A stretch of DNA of 64,000 nt, from positions 14,743 through 78,742 of the forward strand of contig DATIYF010000017.1 of the NCBI GenBank assembly GCA_035517775.1, given 5' to 3'. The position numbers and the translations under genes are program-made. Of the stretch, positions 9,014-17,608 are shown piece after piece. Numbering within the stretch: position 1 is the first letter of the stretch; each line of letters starts with the position of its first letter. Under the pieces are notes generated by a model, which was given only the letters and a program-made list of their open reading frames with translations, searched no databases and had not been told where the DNA came from. This stretch comes from Terriglobales bacterium (GTDB lineage Bacteria; Acidobacteriota; Terriglobia; Terriglobales; Acidobacteriaceae).

Positions 9014-12000
9014 ATGGCACGTACGATGAAAGTGAACTGCCAGCGTCCGCAACTGCTTCAGTGCGTTGTAGCGATGCCGATTGTCCTCTTAGCGCTCGCC
9101 GGCTCCAGCTACGCGCAGACGCCGACCACGGGGCAGCTCAGTGGAACTATCAGCGATCCGAGCGGCGCGCTGGTCATTGGGGCGCAGGTCTCGGTCACCA
9201 GCGCGGCTGGAGTCTCACGAGAAGTCTCAAGCGATTCAACCGGCGAATACCTGGTTCCGCTGCTTCCTCCCGGCACATATCAGGTGGAAGTGCAAAAGAG
9301 CGGGTTTGCCAATAGCGTAACTCCCGGCGTCGCAGTGCGGATCACAGCGATCACCAACCTCGACGTTCATTTGCAACTGGCGCAGCGAAAAGAGAACGTC
9401 GAGGTAACCTCCGAACCGCCGCTTGTGCACACTGACACTCCCGCCCGCGGCGCGGTCATCCAAAGCAGCGAGATTCGGCAATTGCCGCTGGTGACCCGCA
9501 ACTTCCAGCAACTCTTGACCCTCACGCCGGGGACTTCGAGCTCGGTGCCCAACTCCTCCGAACTGGGCCGCGGAGATTCCGTCTTCAACGTGAACGGCCA
9601 GCGCACGCTCGCGAACGCGGTAGTTATTAACGGGGTGGATGCAAGCTCCATCGGCACCGGCTCCACCCCCAACCTCGCCGTTCCCTCCGATGATTCGATT
9701 GAAGAGTTCATTGTTCAGACCAGCTTCTACGATGCTTCCCAGGGGCGCAATGCGGGCAGTGTGGTGGCCGCGGTCACCAAGTCGGGAACCAACACGCTGC
9801 ACGGCGATGCCTACGAATTTCTGCGCAATAGCGACCTGAATGGCAACAACTTCTTTCTCAATCGCGCCGGCATCGGCCGCCCGCCTTACCATCGCAATGA
9901 ATTTGGTGCAACCCTGGGCGGGCCGGTGGTCAAAAATCGCGCCTGGTTCTTCGTCTCTTACCAGGGAACGCGGGAGGTGAATGGAACCTCGCTCACCAAC
10001 TCTCTGGGTACGGTGTTCGTTCCCGCCGACCTTTCCAACGACCGCTCGACCGCCACGATGGAAGCTCTGGCGGCCAGCTACGGCATGCCGCCATGTCCCA
10101 ACCTCGGTTGCCTGGACCCGACTTCACTGACCTTGCTGCAGGCAAAGCTGCCCAACGGGCAGTTGGTGATTCCTTCGGCGCCGCATCCAATTCCCATTCC
10201 GGCCAGCGGGCCGGCCCCTCCCGTCCCCGTTCCCATCATTGCGATTTCCCGCTTTCGCGAAGATCAGTTCAACACCAATGCCGATCTTCAGCTTTCCTCC
10301 GCGAACCGGCTCTCGGCGAAATTCTTCTGGGCTAACAATCCTGAGCTACAGGGCCTCTACAATTCGTTCGGCACGGGCAACACGCTCCCCACTCCGGGCT
10401 TCGGTGCTTCGGCAAGCTTCAACCAGCGCGTTTTGGCGATCACCGACACCCACATCCTGAATCCCAGACTGTTGAACGATTTCCGTTTCGGCTACTCGGG
10501 AATTCCAACCAACTCGGTTCCGCAGGAGCCCTTCACCGCGGCCCAGCTCGGAATCAGCTCGCCGCTCGGCAATCTGTTTACCGGAATGCCGGAAATTTCG
10601 GTCTCCAATTACTTCGATCTCGGCGCCTCTCCTTTCTCCGACAATAAGGCGGCCGAAGGCGATTACACGGTGGGAGATACTTTGGCCTGGGTGAAAGGCC
10701 GGCACACGCTCAAGCTGGGCGCCGAGTACGAGCACCACAATGTTACTCTGACCTTCAACGCCTATACCCGTGGCCAAATGTTTTTCCTCGGCTTCTCTGG
10801 AGATCCCTTCGAAGATTTTCTGGGCGGTTTCTTTGACCTCTCCGGACTGAGCGTGATCGGCTCGGGAATCAACCACCGCGATAACTCCTCCTATGACCTG
10901 GCCGGATTTGCCACCGACGATTTTCGCCTGAGCCGGCGACTCACTCTTTCTCTGGGGCTCCGTTACGAATACTTCAGCCCCTATGTGGAAGCGCAGGGCC
11001 GAACTCTCGCCTTCGATCCCACCAAGTTGACGACCACGACGATCGCGGGAGCGCCCCCCGGCGACAACGTGGCGATCACCGGCGGCTTTGTGCAGGCGGA
11101 TAACGCCGCCCATCCCATTCCCGGGGTTCCCACTACCCGGTCGTCGCTGGTTCCACCCGACAAGAACAATTTTGCTCCCCGAATTGGCTTTGCCTGGCAG
11201 CCCCTTCCGGAGAAAACCCACGCGTTCGTTGTTCGCGGCGGCTACGGCGTCTATTACGACAAGCCCAATTCGCGCTACATCAACCTGCAGCTGCTGAACT
11301 TTCCCTACTACACTCTCGCCGAGGCATTCACTACGCCAATCGCCACTCCATTCGTAGAGGTCCCCCAGCCGAGCCAGTTTCCGCTCGCCTTCAACGATGC
11401 AACGATCTTTCCCTACGGTGGCCCTCCCGCGTTTCTGCCTGCGCCCGTAGCCGGCGGCGTGCAGCCGGTCTCCGCCAATGGCGTCTTCCCTGACATTCAT
11501 GACTTCCGCACTCCCTATGTGCAGCAATACAGCCTGGGGATCGAGAACGAATTCGCCAACCACTGGATGGCGGACGTGAGCTATGTCGGGTCGGCGGGAG
11601 AAAAGCTATTGCGCACCATGGACCTGAACCAGCCCTTCGCTCCGGTCTCGCTCACCCCCGGGCCGCTCAGCCCTGGCTTATCAAGCCTGGTGGTGACGGG
11701 CTTCGGCTTCCACCTGGTACAGAGCTCTTCCACGTCGCGTTACAACTCGCTGCAGGCCAGCCTGACCAAGCGCTTTGCCGCGGGTCTGCAATTTCTGGCT
11801 GCCTACACTTACAGCCACTCGATTGACGACTATTCCGGCGACCCCAGCGGCACCAGCGATGTGAGCGCGGTCCCGGGCAACCAGGTGATTCTGAACAATC
11901 GCGGCAACTCAGATTTTGACCGTCGCCACCGCTTCATCTTCAGCGGTACCTACGACCTGCCCAAGCTTTACCGCGGTGAGTTCAAGCCGGCAGCGGAAAT

Positions 12001-12457
12001 TGCCAACGGCTGGAAACTGGCCAGCATAGTTACCGTCCAGACCGGCACCCCCTACTCTGTGCTGACCGATGCCACCCCTTTCGTGCAGGCCCGCGCCGAC
12101 TACAACCCGGCCCAGCCCGGTTGCGACCCCAACCTGAGCGGCAGCGTCCTCGACCGCCTCGGCCAATATTTCAATACCTCATGCTTTGTTCCCGCCACCG
12201 CGGCCGGCGAGTTTGGCAACACCGGCCGGAACATCCTTTACGGGCCGGGCCAGAAAGACGTGGATATCGCGGTGCTTAAAGACTTTGCAGTCAGTGAACG
12301 AAGCTCGCTCGAGTTCCGCTCTGAGTTCTTCAACGCTCTCAACAACGTGAACTTCGCCAACCCCGTCAATCTCCTCTCCAATGCGAACGTGGGCGCAATC
12401 CTGGCCACGACTACCGGTCCACGCGCCATGCAGTTCGCCTTGAAGTTCAGTTTCTAA
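9014..12457 (+). CDS. TonB-dependent outer-membrane receptor with N-terminal carboxypeptidase-regulatory-like domain
   Basis: Signal peptide ending SSYAQT. CarboxypepD_reg-like segment GTISDPSGALVIGAQVSVT...STGEYLVPLLPPGTYQVEVQKSGF. Plug/barrel-sized 1147 aa. C-terminal ...FALKFSF with terminal Phe. Confidence 0.9.
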   Translation: MARTMKVNCQRPQLLQCVVAMPIVLLALAGSSYAQTPTTGQLSGTISDPSGALVIGAQVSVTSAAGVSREVSSDSTGEYLVPLLPPGTYQVEVQKSGFANSVTPGVAVRITAITNLDVHLQLAQRKENVEVTSEPPLVHTDTPARGAVIQSSEIRQLPLVTRNFQQLLTLTPGTSSSVPNSSELGRGDSVFNVNGQRTLANAVVINGVDASSIGTGSTPNLAVPSDDSIEEFIVQTSFYDASQGRNAGSVVAAVTKSGTNTLHGDAYEFLRNSDLNGNNFFLNRAGIGRPPYHRNEFGATLGGPVVKNRAWFFVSYQGTREVNGTSLTNSLGTVFVPADLSNDRSTATMEALAASYGMPPCPNLGCLDPTSLTLLQAKLPNGQLVIPSAPHPIPIPASGPAPPVPVPIIAISRFREDQFNTNADLQLSSANRLSAKFFWANNPELQGLYNSFGTGNTLPTPGFGASASFNQRVLAITDTHILNPRLLNDFRFGYSGIPTNSVPQEPFTAAQLGISSPLGNLFTGMPEISVSNYFDLGASPFSDNKAAEGDYTVGDTLAWVKGRHTLKLGAEYEHHNVTLTFNAYTRGQMFFLGFSGDPFEDFLGGFFDLSGLSVIGSGINHRDNSSYDLAGFATDDFRLSRRLTLSLGLRYEYFSPYVEAQGRTLAFDPTKLTTTTIAGAPPGDNVAITGGFVQADNAAHPIPGVPTTRSSLVPPDKNNFAPRIGFAWQPLPEKTHAFVVRGGYGVYYDKPNSRYINLQLLNFPYYTLAEAFTTPIATPFVEVPQPSQFPLAFNDATIFPYGGPPAFLPAPVAGGVQPVSANGVFPDIHDFRTPYVQQYSLGIENEFANHWMADVSYVGSAGEKLLRTMDLNQPFAPVSLTPGPLSPGLSSLVVTGFGFHLVQSSSTSRYNSLQASLTKRFAAGLQFLAAYTYSHSIDDYSGDPSGTSDVSAVPGNQVILNNRGNSDFDRRHRFIFSGTYDLPKLYRGEFKPAAEIANGWKLASIVTVQTGTPYSVLTDATPFVQARADYNPAQPGCDPNLSGSVLDRLGQYFNTSCFVPATAAGEFGNTGRNILYGPGQKDVDIAVLKDFAVSERSSLEFRSEFFNALNNVNFANPVNLLSNANVGAILATTTGPRAMQFALKFSF

Positions 12458-12462
12458 CGCCC

Positions 12463-12485
12463 GGCAGCAAGAAGTTATTGCTGCC
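12463..12485 (+). terminator. stem-loop just after the TonB-receptor stop (8-bp stem GGCAGCAA/TTGCTGCC, 7-nt loop), no U-tract
   Basis: Read directly: ggcagcaa-gaagtta-ttgctgcc, 6 nt after the stop codon. The lack of a T-run makes intrinsic termination uncertain. Confidence 0.3.
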
Positions 12486-12696
12486 AAGGGTGTCCTGCCC
12501 GGCGAGATTTCCGAAAGGGGAAATTTGGCATCCACCACCGCGTAGCCCGGCGCGCCGCTTGCCCTTTACCGGCAACACCCACCAGCCGCGTTCCGCGCGA
12601 GGTTGCAACTGGTAGCAACAAACCTGAAACAAAATCTGCAAATACTCTTGACCCAGAATGTGAGGCCGCTCTACGATTGAGGACTGCTTTCGTAAA

Positions 12697-12711
12697 TGCA
12701 ACTGAGTTGCA
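12697..12711. promoter_or_regulatory. perfect 7-1-7 palindrome TGCAACTgAGTTGCA upstream of the TetR gene (candidate autoregulatory operator)
   Basis: Seen in sequence. It lies downstream of a possible TTGACC(12648)-N18-TACGAT(12672) promoter. A related GTTGCAACTGGTAGCAAC lies at 12602..12619. It is followed by AACTAAG, which recurs at the downstream operon promoter. Confidence 0.35.
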
Positions 12712-12744
12712 ACTAAGAACCCAGAGAGTAACCAGGGGCAAACG

Positions 12745-13443
12745 GTGTTCCAATTGGGGATGGGGCGTGTACGGCCACACGGGATTGCCATGCGGGGAGT
12801 GAGCCTCGGCACAGGGTCAGGCGGGAACCGCAGAACGATTTCTGCGCGCAAGTTCCGGCCCGGCCGGCGTGACCGGCATGCTCGCGAGCAGGCGCTGGTT
12901 GCGGCGGCGGCCAAACTGTTTGCCTCTCAGGGTTACGACCTTACCACTACCCGCCAGATCGCGGCCCGGGCCGGTTGCGCCGAAGGCCTCATTCACCGTT
13001 ACTTCCATGGCAAGGCCGGCCTGCTGTTCGCCCTGATTCAGTCCCGGGTCTCCAAGGAAGTGGCCGGCCTGAGTGAACGGTTGCGGCGCGCCCCCAGCCT
13101 GGAGGAGGAATTGTTGCAACTGGTGGACTGGGAGATCGAGCGCATGTGGGACGATCGGGATTTCCTGCGGGTCATCATCCCTCGTGCCCTCCTCGACCGG
13201 AGTCAGGGCAAAATTCTCAATCGTGTGGGCACCTCTCGTCATGTTCCCGCCATTGCCGAACGCCTGCGGCAATTTCCCCAGTGCCGAAAGCTCTCTGCCG
13301 AGCGCCTGGAGGCGCTGGCCGAATTCATCAAAACCCTGGGCATGATGTATGGCTTCATGCATCCCATGGTCCTGCGCCAGGACCGCAAGCGGGCGCGCCG
13401 CTCGGCCGTCGCCATCACCAGAATTCTTGCCGCCAATCTCTGA
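12745..13443 (+). CDS. TetR/AcrR family transcriptional regulator
   Basis: HTH region AAAKLFASQGYDLTTTRQIAARAGCAEGLIHRYFHGKAGLL. The ORF-track start is GTG; in-frame ATGs at 12760 and 12790 are alternative starts. Confidence 0.85.
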   Translation: MFQLGMGRVRPHGIAMRGVSLGTGSGGNRRTISARKFRPGRRDRHAREQALVAAAAKLFASQGYDLTTTRQIAARAGCAEGLIHRYFHGKAGLLFALIQSRVSKEVAGLSERLRRAPSLEEELLQLVDWEIERMWDDRDFLRVIIPRALLDRSQGKILNRVGTSRHVPAIAERLRQFPQCRKLSAERLEALAEFIKTLGMMYGFMHPMVLRQDRKRARRSAVAITRILAANL

Positions 13444-13491
13444 TCAGAGAACCGTTTCTATTCCCGTACATCCCGGCCGCTAGGTTTTTGC

Positions 13492-13521
13492 TTGACAGTT
13501 AACATCGCGAGGTGCTAACTA
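13492..13521 (+). promoter_or_regulatory. candidate sigma70-type promoter with overlapping inverted repeat (candidate TetR operator) for the cytochrome-porin/cox operon
   Basis: TTGACA (13492-13497), 18-nt spacer, TAACTA (13516-13521). The inverted repeat AGTTAACA (13497-13504) / TGCTAACT (13513-13520) matches 7 of 8 positions and spans the spacer. GCTAACTAAG resembles GCAACTAAG next to the TetR-upstream palindrome. AGGAGG lies 8 nt before the ATG at 13648. Confidence 0.4.
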
Positions 13522-13647
13522 AGTGCACACGCGCTTACAAACGCTATCAGTTGCGTGTGCGCCTACATTCCCTTTCGCGTCTCGCACCGCATGTGGGGTT
13601 TTACTCGGGTTCACAATTTGGCTCAGATTCCGTGCTAGGAGGACTCC

Positions 13648-14985
13648 ATGACTTCGTCCCGGAGGAGTCTTGCAGCATTCGTGCTGCTTGCGTTTTTCAT
13701 TCTGGGGTCGTTTCAGAGTGCACACGCCTTTCCTGCTTTCGCTAGAAAGTATGGCCTTCGCTGTTCCGCCTGCCACGAGGCTTGGCCGATGCTCAACGCC
13801 TTCGGCCAGAAATTCAAAGACAATGGCTATCAGTTAATGGATGATCGGGATTCCCCGATCTGGCAAAACAACGGCTATTGGCCGGTGACCTTCCGCATCA
13901 CTCCCTATTGGCATCGGGATAGCACCGACAAGGTTTCAACCGACCAGGCCTCCACCGGCCAGCAGAAGGTAACCATCAATGGCTTTGACCTGAGCGGCCT
14001 CGATATCCTGAGCGGCGGCACCATCTACAAGAACATTTCTTTCCTGATGGTTCCTTCCGCCGATGAGACCGGCGCCTTTCACTTTGAATCAGTCAACGTC
14101 CGCTTCGACAACGTAGCCCACAGTTCCTGGCTGAATTTCAAGATGGGCAAATTCGAATTGGATAACCTGGTCTCGGAAAAGCGCGAGATAACCCTTTCCG
14201 GCAACGGCGCGAACTATCTGATCTATCACTTCATTCCTGCGACGTGTGCCGGCTGTGCGGATGATTCCAACGTCTTCGGGCAGGTTGGCGACAACCAGCT
14301 TGGTGTGGAGTGGCTGGGGCACTCGTACGACGACCGCACCCGAATTTCCGCCACCTTGATGAGCACCAACGACGGCAACGTGGACTTGCCAACGAACAGC
14401 TACGGGGGGTTCTTTGCCGCCAGCCAGGCGTTTGACGCGGGCAAGCTGGGCTTGCAGCGCGTCGGCTTCTACGCCATGGTGGGTCAGTCGCCGACTTACT
14501 ACTTAACGTCAGGCGGCACTCCGCTGGGCTTCGGTAGCCTGGGCAACAAGACGTTCACTCGGGAAGGCTTCGTCGGGCTCTTCTACCTGGGCAAGCTGGA
14601 TTTCCAGGTGGTCACCCAGCATGGCGAGGATGACGCATTTCTGGCAACCGGCACAGCCGCCAACACTGCGCTGCCCACGGGCGCCCGGAATGCCACCTGG
14701 AACGGTGGGCTGGTTGAGACGCACTATGTCTACAACCCGCAGCTGATCTTTATTCAGCGTTATGACTGGGTGCGCATGTCGCAACAAGCCACACCCGGCA
14801 CGCCCTCGACCCTGGGGAACATGGACCAGCTCACCTTCGGGTATCGCTATTACCCATTCATGACCAGCCGGGCCGGTCTTGCCTGGCACAACGAATATTC
14901 CTGGTTGCGTCAACGGGGAATGGCGCCAGACGGAACTGACCTAACCACCGGCACCCTGATGCTGGGACTCGACTTCGACTTCTAG
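13648..14985 (+). CDS. monoheme c-type cytochrome fused to an outer-membrane beta-barrel (Cyc2-like fused cytochrome-porin candidate)
   Basis: Signal peptide MTSSRRSLAAFVLLAFFILGSFQSAHA. Then FPAFARKYGLRCSACHEAWPMLNAFGQKFKDNGY, with the single CxxCH at nt 13762-13776. The remaining ~390 aa are rich in alternating amphipathic strands (VTFRITPYW, FHFESVNVRF, WLNFKMGKFEL, RISATLMST, FVGLFYLGKLDFQVV, LVETHYVY, LTFGYRYYP, AGLAWHNEYSW). It ends LMLGLDFDF with terminal Phe. Confidence 0.7.
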   Translation: MTSSRRSLAAFVLLAFFILGSFQSAHAFPAFARKYGLRCSACHEAWPMLNAFGQKFKDNGYQLMDDRDSPIWQNNGYWPVTFRITPYWHRDSTDKVSTDQASTGQQKVTINGFDLSGLDILSGGTIYKNISFLMVPSADETGAFHFESVNVRFDNVAHSSWLNFKMGKFELDNLVSEKREITLSGNGANYLIYHFIPATCAGCADDSNVFGQVGDNQLGVEWLGHSYDDRTRISATLMSTNDGNVDLPTNSYGGFFAASQAFDAGKLGLQRVGFYAMVGQSPTYYLTSGGTPLGFGSLGNKTFTREGFVGLFYLGKLDFQVVTQHGEDDAFLATGTAANTALPTGARNATWNGGLVETHYVYNPQLIFIQRYDWVRMSQQATPGTPSTLGNMDQLTFGYRYYPFMTSRAGLAWHNEYSWLRQRGMAPDGTDLTTGTLMLGLDFDF

Positions 14986-14992
14986 AGAGGGA

Positions 14993-15856
14993 ATGACGAT
15001 GCGCACAAAGCTACTCAAGTGGTCGCTGATGATGGGCGCAACCATGGTCCTCGCGCTGTCGGGCCATTCGCAAGCCCAGCTGACAACGGAAAACATAGCC
15101 TCTCGTCTTAACATGGAAGCCCATGCTGACGGTTTGACAGGCCACGCCAAGGCGGCGGAGATGGACTATCGCCGCTACTGCGTCGGCTGTCATGGACCGT
15201 TGGGAGACGGCAACGGCGAGAACGCGACGTGGCTCGATCCCAAGCCGCGCGACTTCCAACTCGGGATTTTCAAGTGCCGCTCCACTCCGACTGGCACGCT
15301 GCCCACCGATGAGGATCTGTTCGACACCATCGCCCGCGGCCTGGATCGCTCGAACATGCCTCCGTGGAACACCTTCACGAAGCAGATGCGGATTGATCTG
15401 GTGGCTTATGTGAAGCACTTCTCTCCCCGCTTTGCTACGGAAAAGCCGGGCGCGCCCATTCAAATTCCACCCGAGCCGGAAGTTACTGCCGACCGGGTCA
15501 AAGCGGGGCGGGAGTTGTTCAAGAAAATGGAGTGCTGGAAGTGCCACGGTGTGCAAGGCATGGCCAATGGTCCTTCTTCTGCCACGCTCACCGACGACCA
15601 GAACCGCCCGATTCTGCCTTACAACTTTACCGACGGCACCCGCCCCAAGTGCGGATCTACCGACCGCGATATCTACCGCATCTTCATGACCGGTCTGGAT
15701 GGGACGCCGATGCCATCGTTCTCCGACAACATCAAGCCCGACGAGGCTTGGGACCTGGTGTTCTACCTGCGAACCCTGCAGCCCGCCAACGGCATGAACA
15801 CCAAGGAGCGGGAGATCGCCAAGCAGCTTAACCTGCCGCCGGTAACGCCAGATTAA
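14993..15856 (+). CDS. diheme c-type cytochrome (periplasmic or membrane-anchored)
   Basis: N-terminal hydrophobic signal/anchor. Two CxxCH motifs: YCVGCHG (nt 15179-15193) and CWKCHG. Starts 7 nt after the upstream stop. Confidence 0.9.
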   Translation: MTMRTKLLKWSLMMGATMVLALSGHSQAQLTTENIASRLNMEAHADGLTGHAKAAEMDYRRYCVGCHGPLGDGNGENATWLDPKPRDFQLGIFKCRSTPTGTLPTDEDLFDTIARGLDRSNMPPWNTFTKQMRIDLVAYVKHFSPRFATEKPGAPIQIPPEPEVTADRVKAGRELFKKMECWKCHGVQGMANGPSSATLTDDQNRPILPYNFTDGTRPKCGSTDRDIYRIFMTGLDGTPMPSFSDNIKPDEAWDLVFYLRTLQPANGMNTKEREIAKQLNLPPVTPD

Positions 15857-15889
15857 TCAGAGACGAAACGGAAAACAGGAGAGAGCCCA

Positions 15890-16645
15890 ATGAAGAGAGC
15901 GTACAAGTACAAGCTGGCTGCCATGGTGCCGGCGCTGGCTCTGGTGGCGGTAGCCATTGCCCTGCTTGGCCCCAAAGTGAGTGCTGCTCCGGCCGGAGAA
16001 GGCAGCATTACCGGCATGGCCAAGCTGGATGGCAGTGCTCCGCACATGCGCGGCATAGACATGACCAAGGACCCCTGGTGCGCCAAGCAGCACGCTGATA
16101 ATCCCGCCCATCTGGAAAATGTGGTCGTGGGCAAGAACAGCGGCCTGGAGTATGTGGTGGTTTACATCTCTGAAGGCCTGAGTGGCGCCGAAGCTGGGGA
16201 AAAGCCCTCGCAGGTGCCGGTTTTCGATCAGAAGAACTGCATGTACACACCTCACGTGCTGGCGATGGATGTCGGCCAGCAGTTCAAGGTGATCACCAGT
16301 GACCAGACCGCGCACAACATCCATCCCGAGCCGAACCCGATGACCGGCAACATTCCCTGGAACCGGTCGCAGCCGCCGGGCGCGCCTCCCATCCTCACCA
16401 GCTGGAAGACCGAGGAGATGATTCAGGTGAAGTGCAACATTCATCCCTGGATGCACGGATGGTTTGCCGTGGTCAAAGGTCCTTATGGCACCACGGACGA
16501 TGACGGCAACTACACCATCAAAGATGTGCCGCCGGGAAGCTATACCCTGACGGCCTGGCAGGAAGAGTACGGGAAACAAACCGCTAAGGTGACAGTTGCA
16601 GCCGGTAAGCCTGCCACTGCGGACTTTACCTTCAAAGCAAAGTAA
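15890..16645 (+). CDS. type-1 (blue) copper cupredoxin with amicyanin-type ligand loop and C-terminal CarboxypepD_reg-like beta-sandwich
   Basis: N-terminal anchor/signal AAMVPALALVAVAIALL. Upstream His in QTAHNIHPEP. C-x2-H-x2-M loop CNIHPWM (nt 16433-16453), compare amicyanin CTPHPFM. C-terminal TTDDDGNYTIKDVPPGSYTLTAWQEEYG. AGGAGA Shine-Dalgarno. Confidence 0.8.
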   Translation: MKRAYKYKLAAMVPALALVAVAIALLGPKVSAAPAGEGSITGMAKLDGSAPHMRGIDMTKDPWCAKQHADNPAHLENVVVGKNSGLEYVVVYISEGLSGAEAGEKPSQVPVFDQKNCMYTPHVLAMDVGQQFKVITSDQTAHNIHPEPNPMTGNIPWNRSQPPGAPPILTSWKTEEMIQVKCNIHPWMHGWFAVVKGPYGTTDDDGNYTIKDVPPGSYTLTAWQEEYGKQTAKVTVAAGKPATADFTFKAK

Positions 16646-16664
16646 GACGGTGTGTCACCGGCGA

Positions 16665-16693
16665 AACTGGCGCAGCCCCCGCCTGCGCCAGTT
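16665..16693 (+). terminator. strong intra-operon stem-loop (11-bp perfect stem AACTGGCGCAG/CTGCGCCAGTT, loop CCCCCGC) between the cupredoxin gene and coxB
   Basis: Read directly. Not followed by a clean U-run (ttcgctgcttc). It could be an attenuator, processing site or mRNA-stability element rather than a full terminator. Confidence 0.35.
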
Positions 16694-16746
16694 CGCTGCT
16701 TCAAGTCGTATACACCAGACAGACAGCCAACTAGAGGCGAAACGCT

Positions 16747-17547
16747 ATGGCCAAGTTGTTTGCCGTGACCATCATCCTTATTGCTATCGCGTCAGCGGTT
16801 CCGATCGTACGCGGCACCTGGACTCAGCCGGTGGATATCTCCACTCATGGCCACTCCATTGACGAGCAGTTCCACGAAACCATGTGGGAGGCCGGGCTGG
16901 CCTTCCTGGCAGCGCAAATCGTCCTCGGACTTTTCATCTGGACCAGCGCCGGCCGGGGCCCCGATGCCCAAATCAAGCGCTTTCCCGGAGGGGCTACGGG
17001 TTTGGTTCTGGCCGCGGTTTTTCTGGTGGGGACGGAAGTGATCGCTTTGGGGATATTCGGCGTCAATGCCTGGGCCCAGGTCTATTTCGCGCCGCCCGGG
17101 CCGGACGCCATGCCCATTCAGGTGCAGGCCGGGCAATTCGCCTTCTACTTTCGCTATCCCGGCCCTGACGGGAAGTTCGGGCCCATTCACCCCGACAAGA
17201 TTGATGAGGCCAACCTGAATTTCTTCGGCCTGGACTATGACGAGCCTGCCACCAAGGATGACATTGTTACCGCCGAGATGGCCATTCCGGTGAACCGGGA
17301 AATTCATTTGCTGATGCACTCCAAGGACCTCGGGCATTCCTTCTATGTGCGCGAGCTGCGGGTGCAGCAGGATTTTGTGCCCGGCCTCGACGTCTCTCTG
17401 CACTTCACGGCCACCAAGGTCGGCAGGTACGAAATTGTCTGTACACAGCTTTGCGGGCTGGGGCATTACAACATGAAGACCTACCTGGAAGTGATGTCGC
17501 AGCAGGATTTCGACGGCTGGCTGAAAAAAGAAGCAGCCATGCAGTAG
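16747..17547 (+). CDS. coxB: cytochrome c oxidase subunit II (CuA subunit, no fused cytochrome c domain)
   Basis: TM helices followed by a cupredoxin domain with CuA ligands HSFYV...CTQLCGLGHYNM. The protein ends 25 aa after the CuA site and contains no CxxCH. Confidence 0.95.
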   Translation: MAKLFAVTIILIAIASAVPIVRGTWTQPVDISTHGHSIDEQFHETMWEAGLAFLAAQIVLGLFIWTSAGRGPDAQIKRFPGGATGLVLAAVFLVGTEVIALGIFGVNAWAQVYFAPPGPDAMPIQVQAGQFAFYFRYPGPDGKFGPIHPDKIDEANLNFFGLDYDEPATKDDIVTAEMAIPVNREIHLLMHSKDLGHSFYVRELRVQQDFVPGLDVSLHFTATKVGRYEIVCTQLCGLGHYNMKTYLEVMSQQDFDGWLKKEAAMQ

Positions 17548-17608
17548 TTACGGCCCTCGCCTGCTCACGCCGCAGGGCGAGGATTTCTGGTTCGCGAGGT
17601 GATGACAC

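Noticed and set aside
13648-14985. Alternative readings of the 445-aa protein: MtrB/PioB-type porin of a porin-cytochrome complex, or a TonB-dependent receptor
   Set aside because: It carries its own CxxCH. No deca- or multiheme partner genes (MtrA/MtrC-like) are adjacent. It is far too short for a 22-strand TonB receptor or a ~26-strand MtrB-type barrel, and it has no plug or TonB box that I could see.
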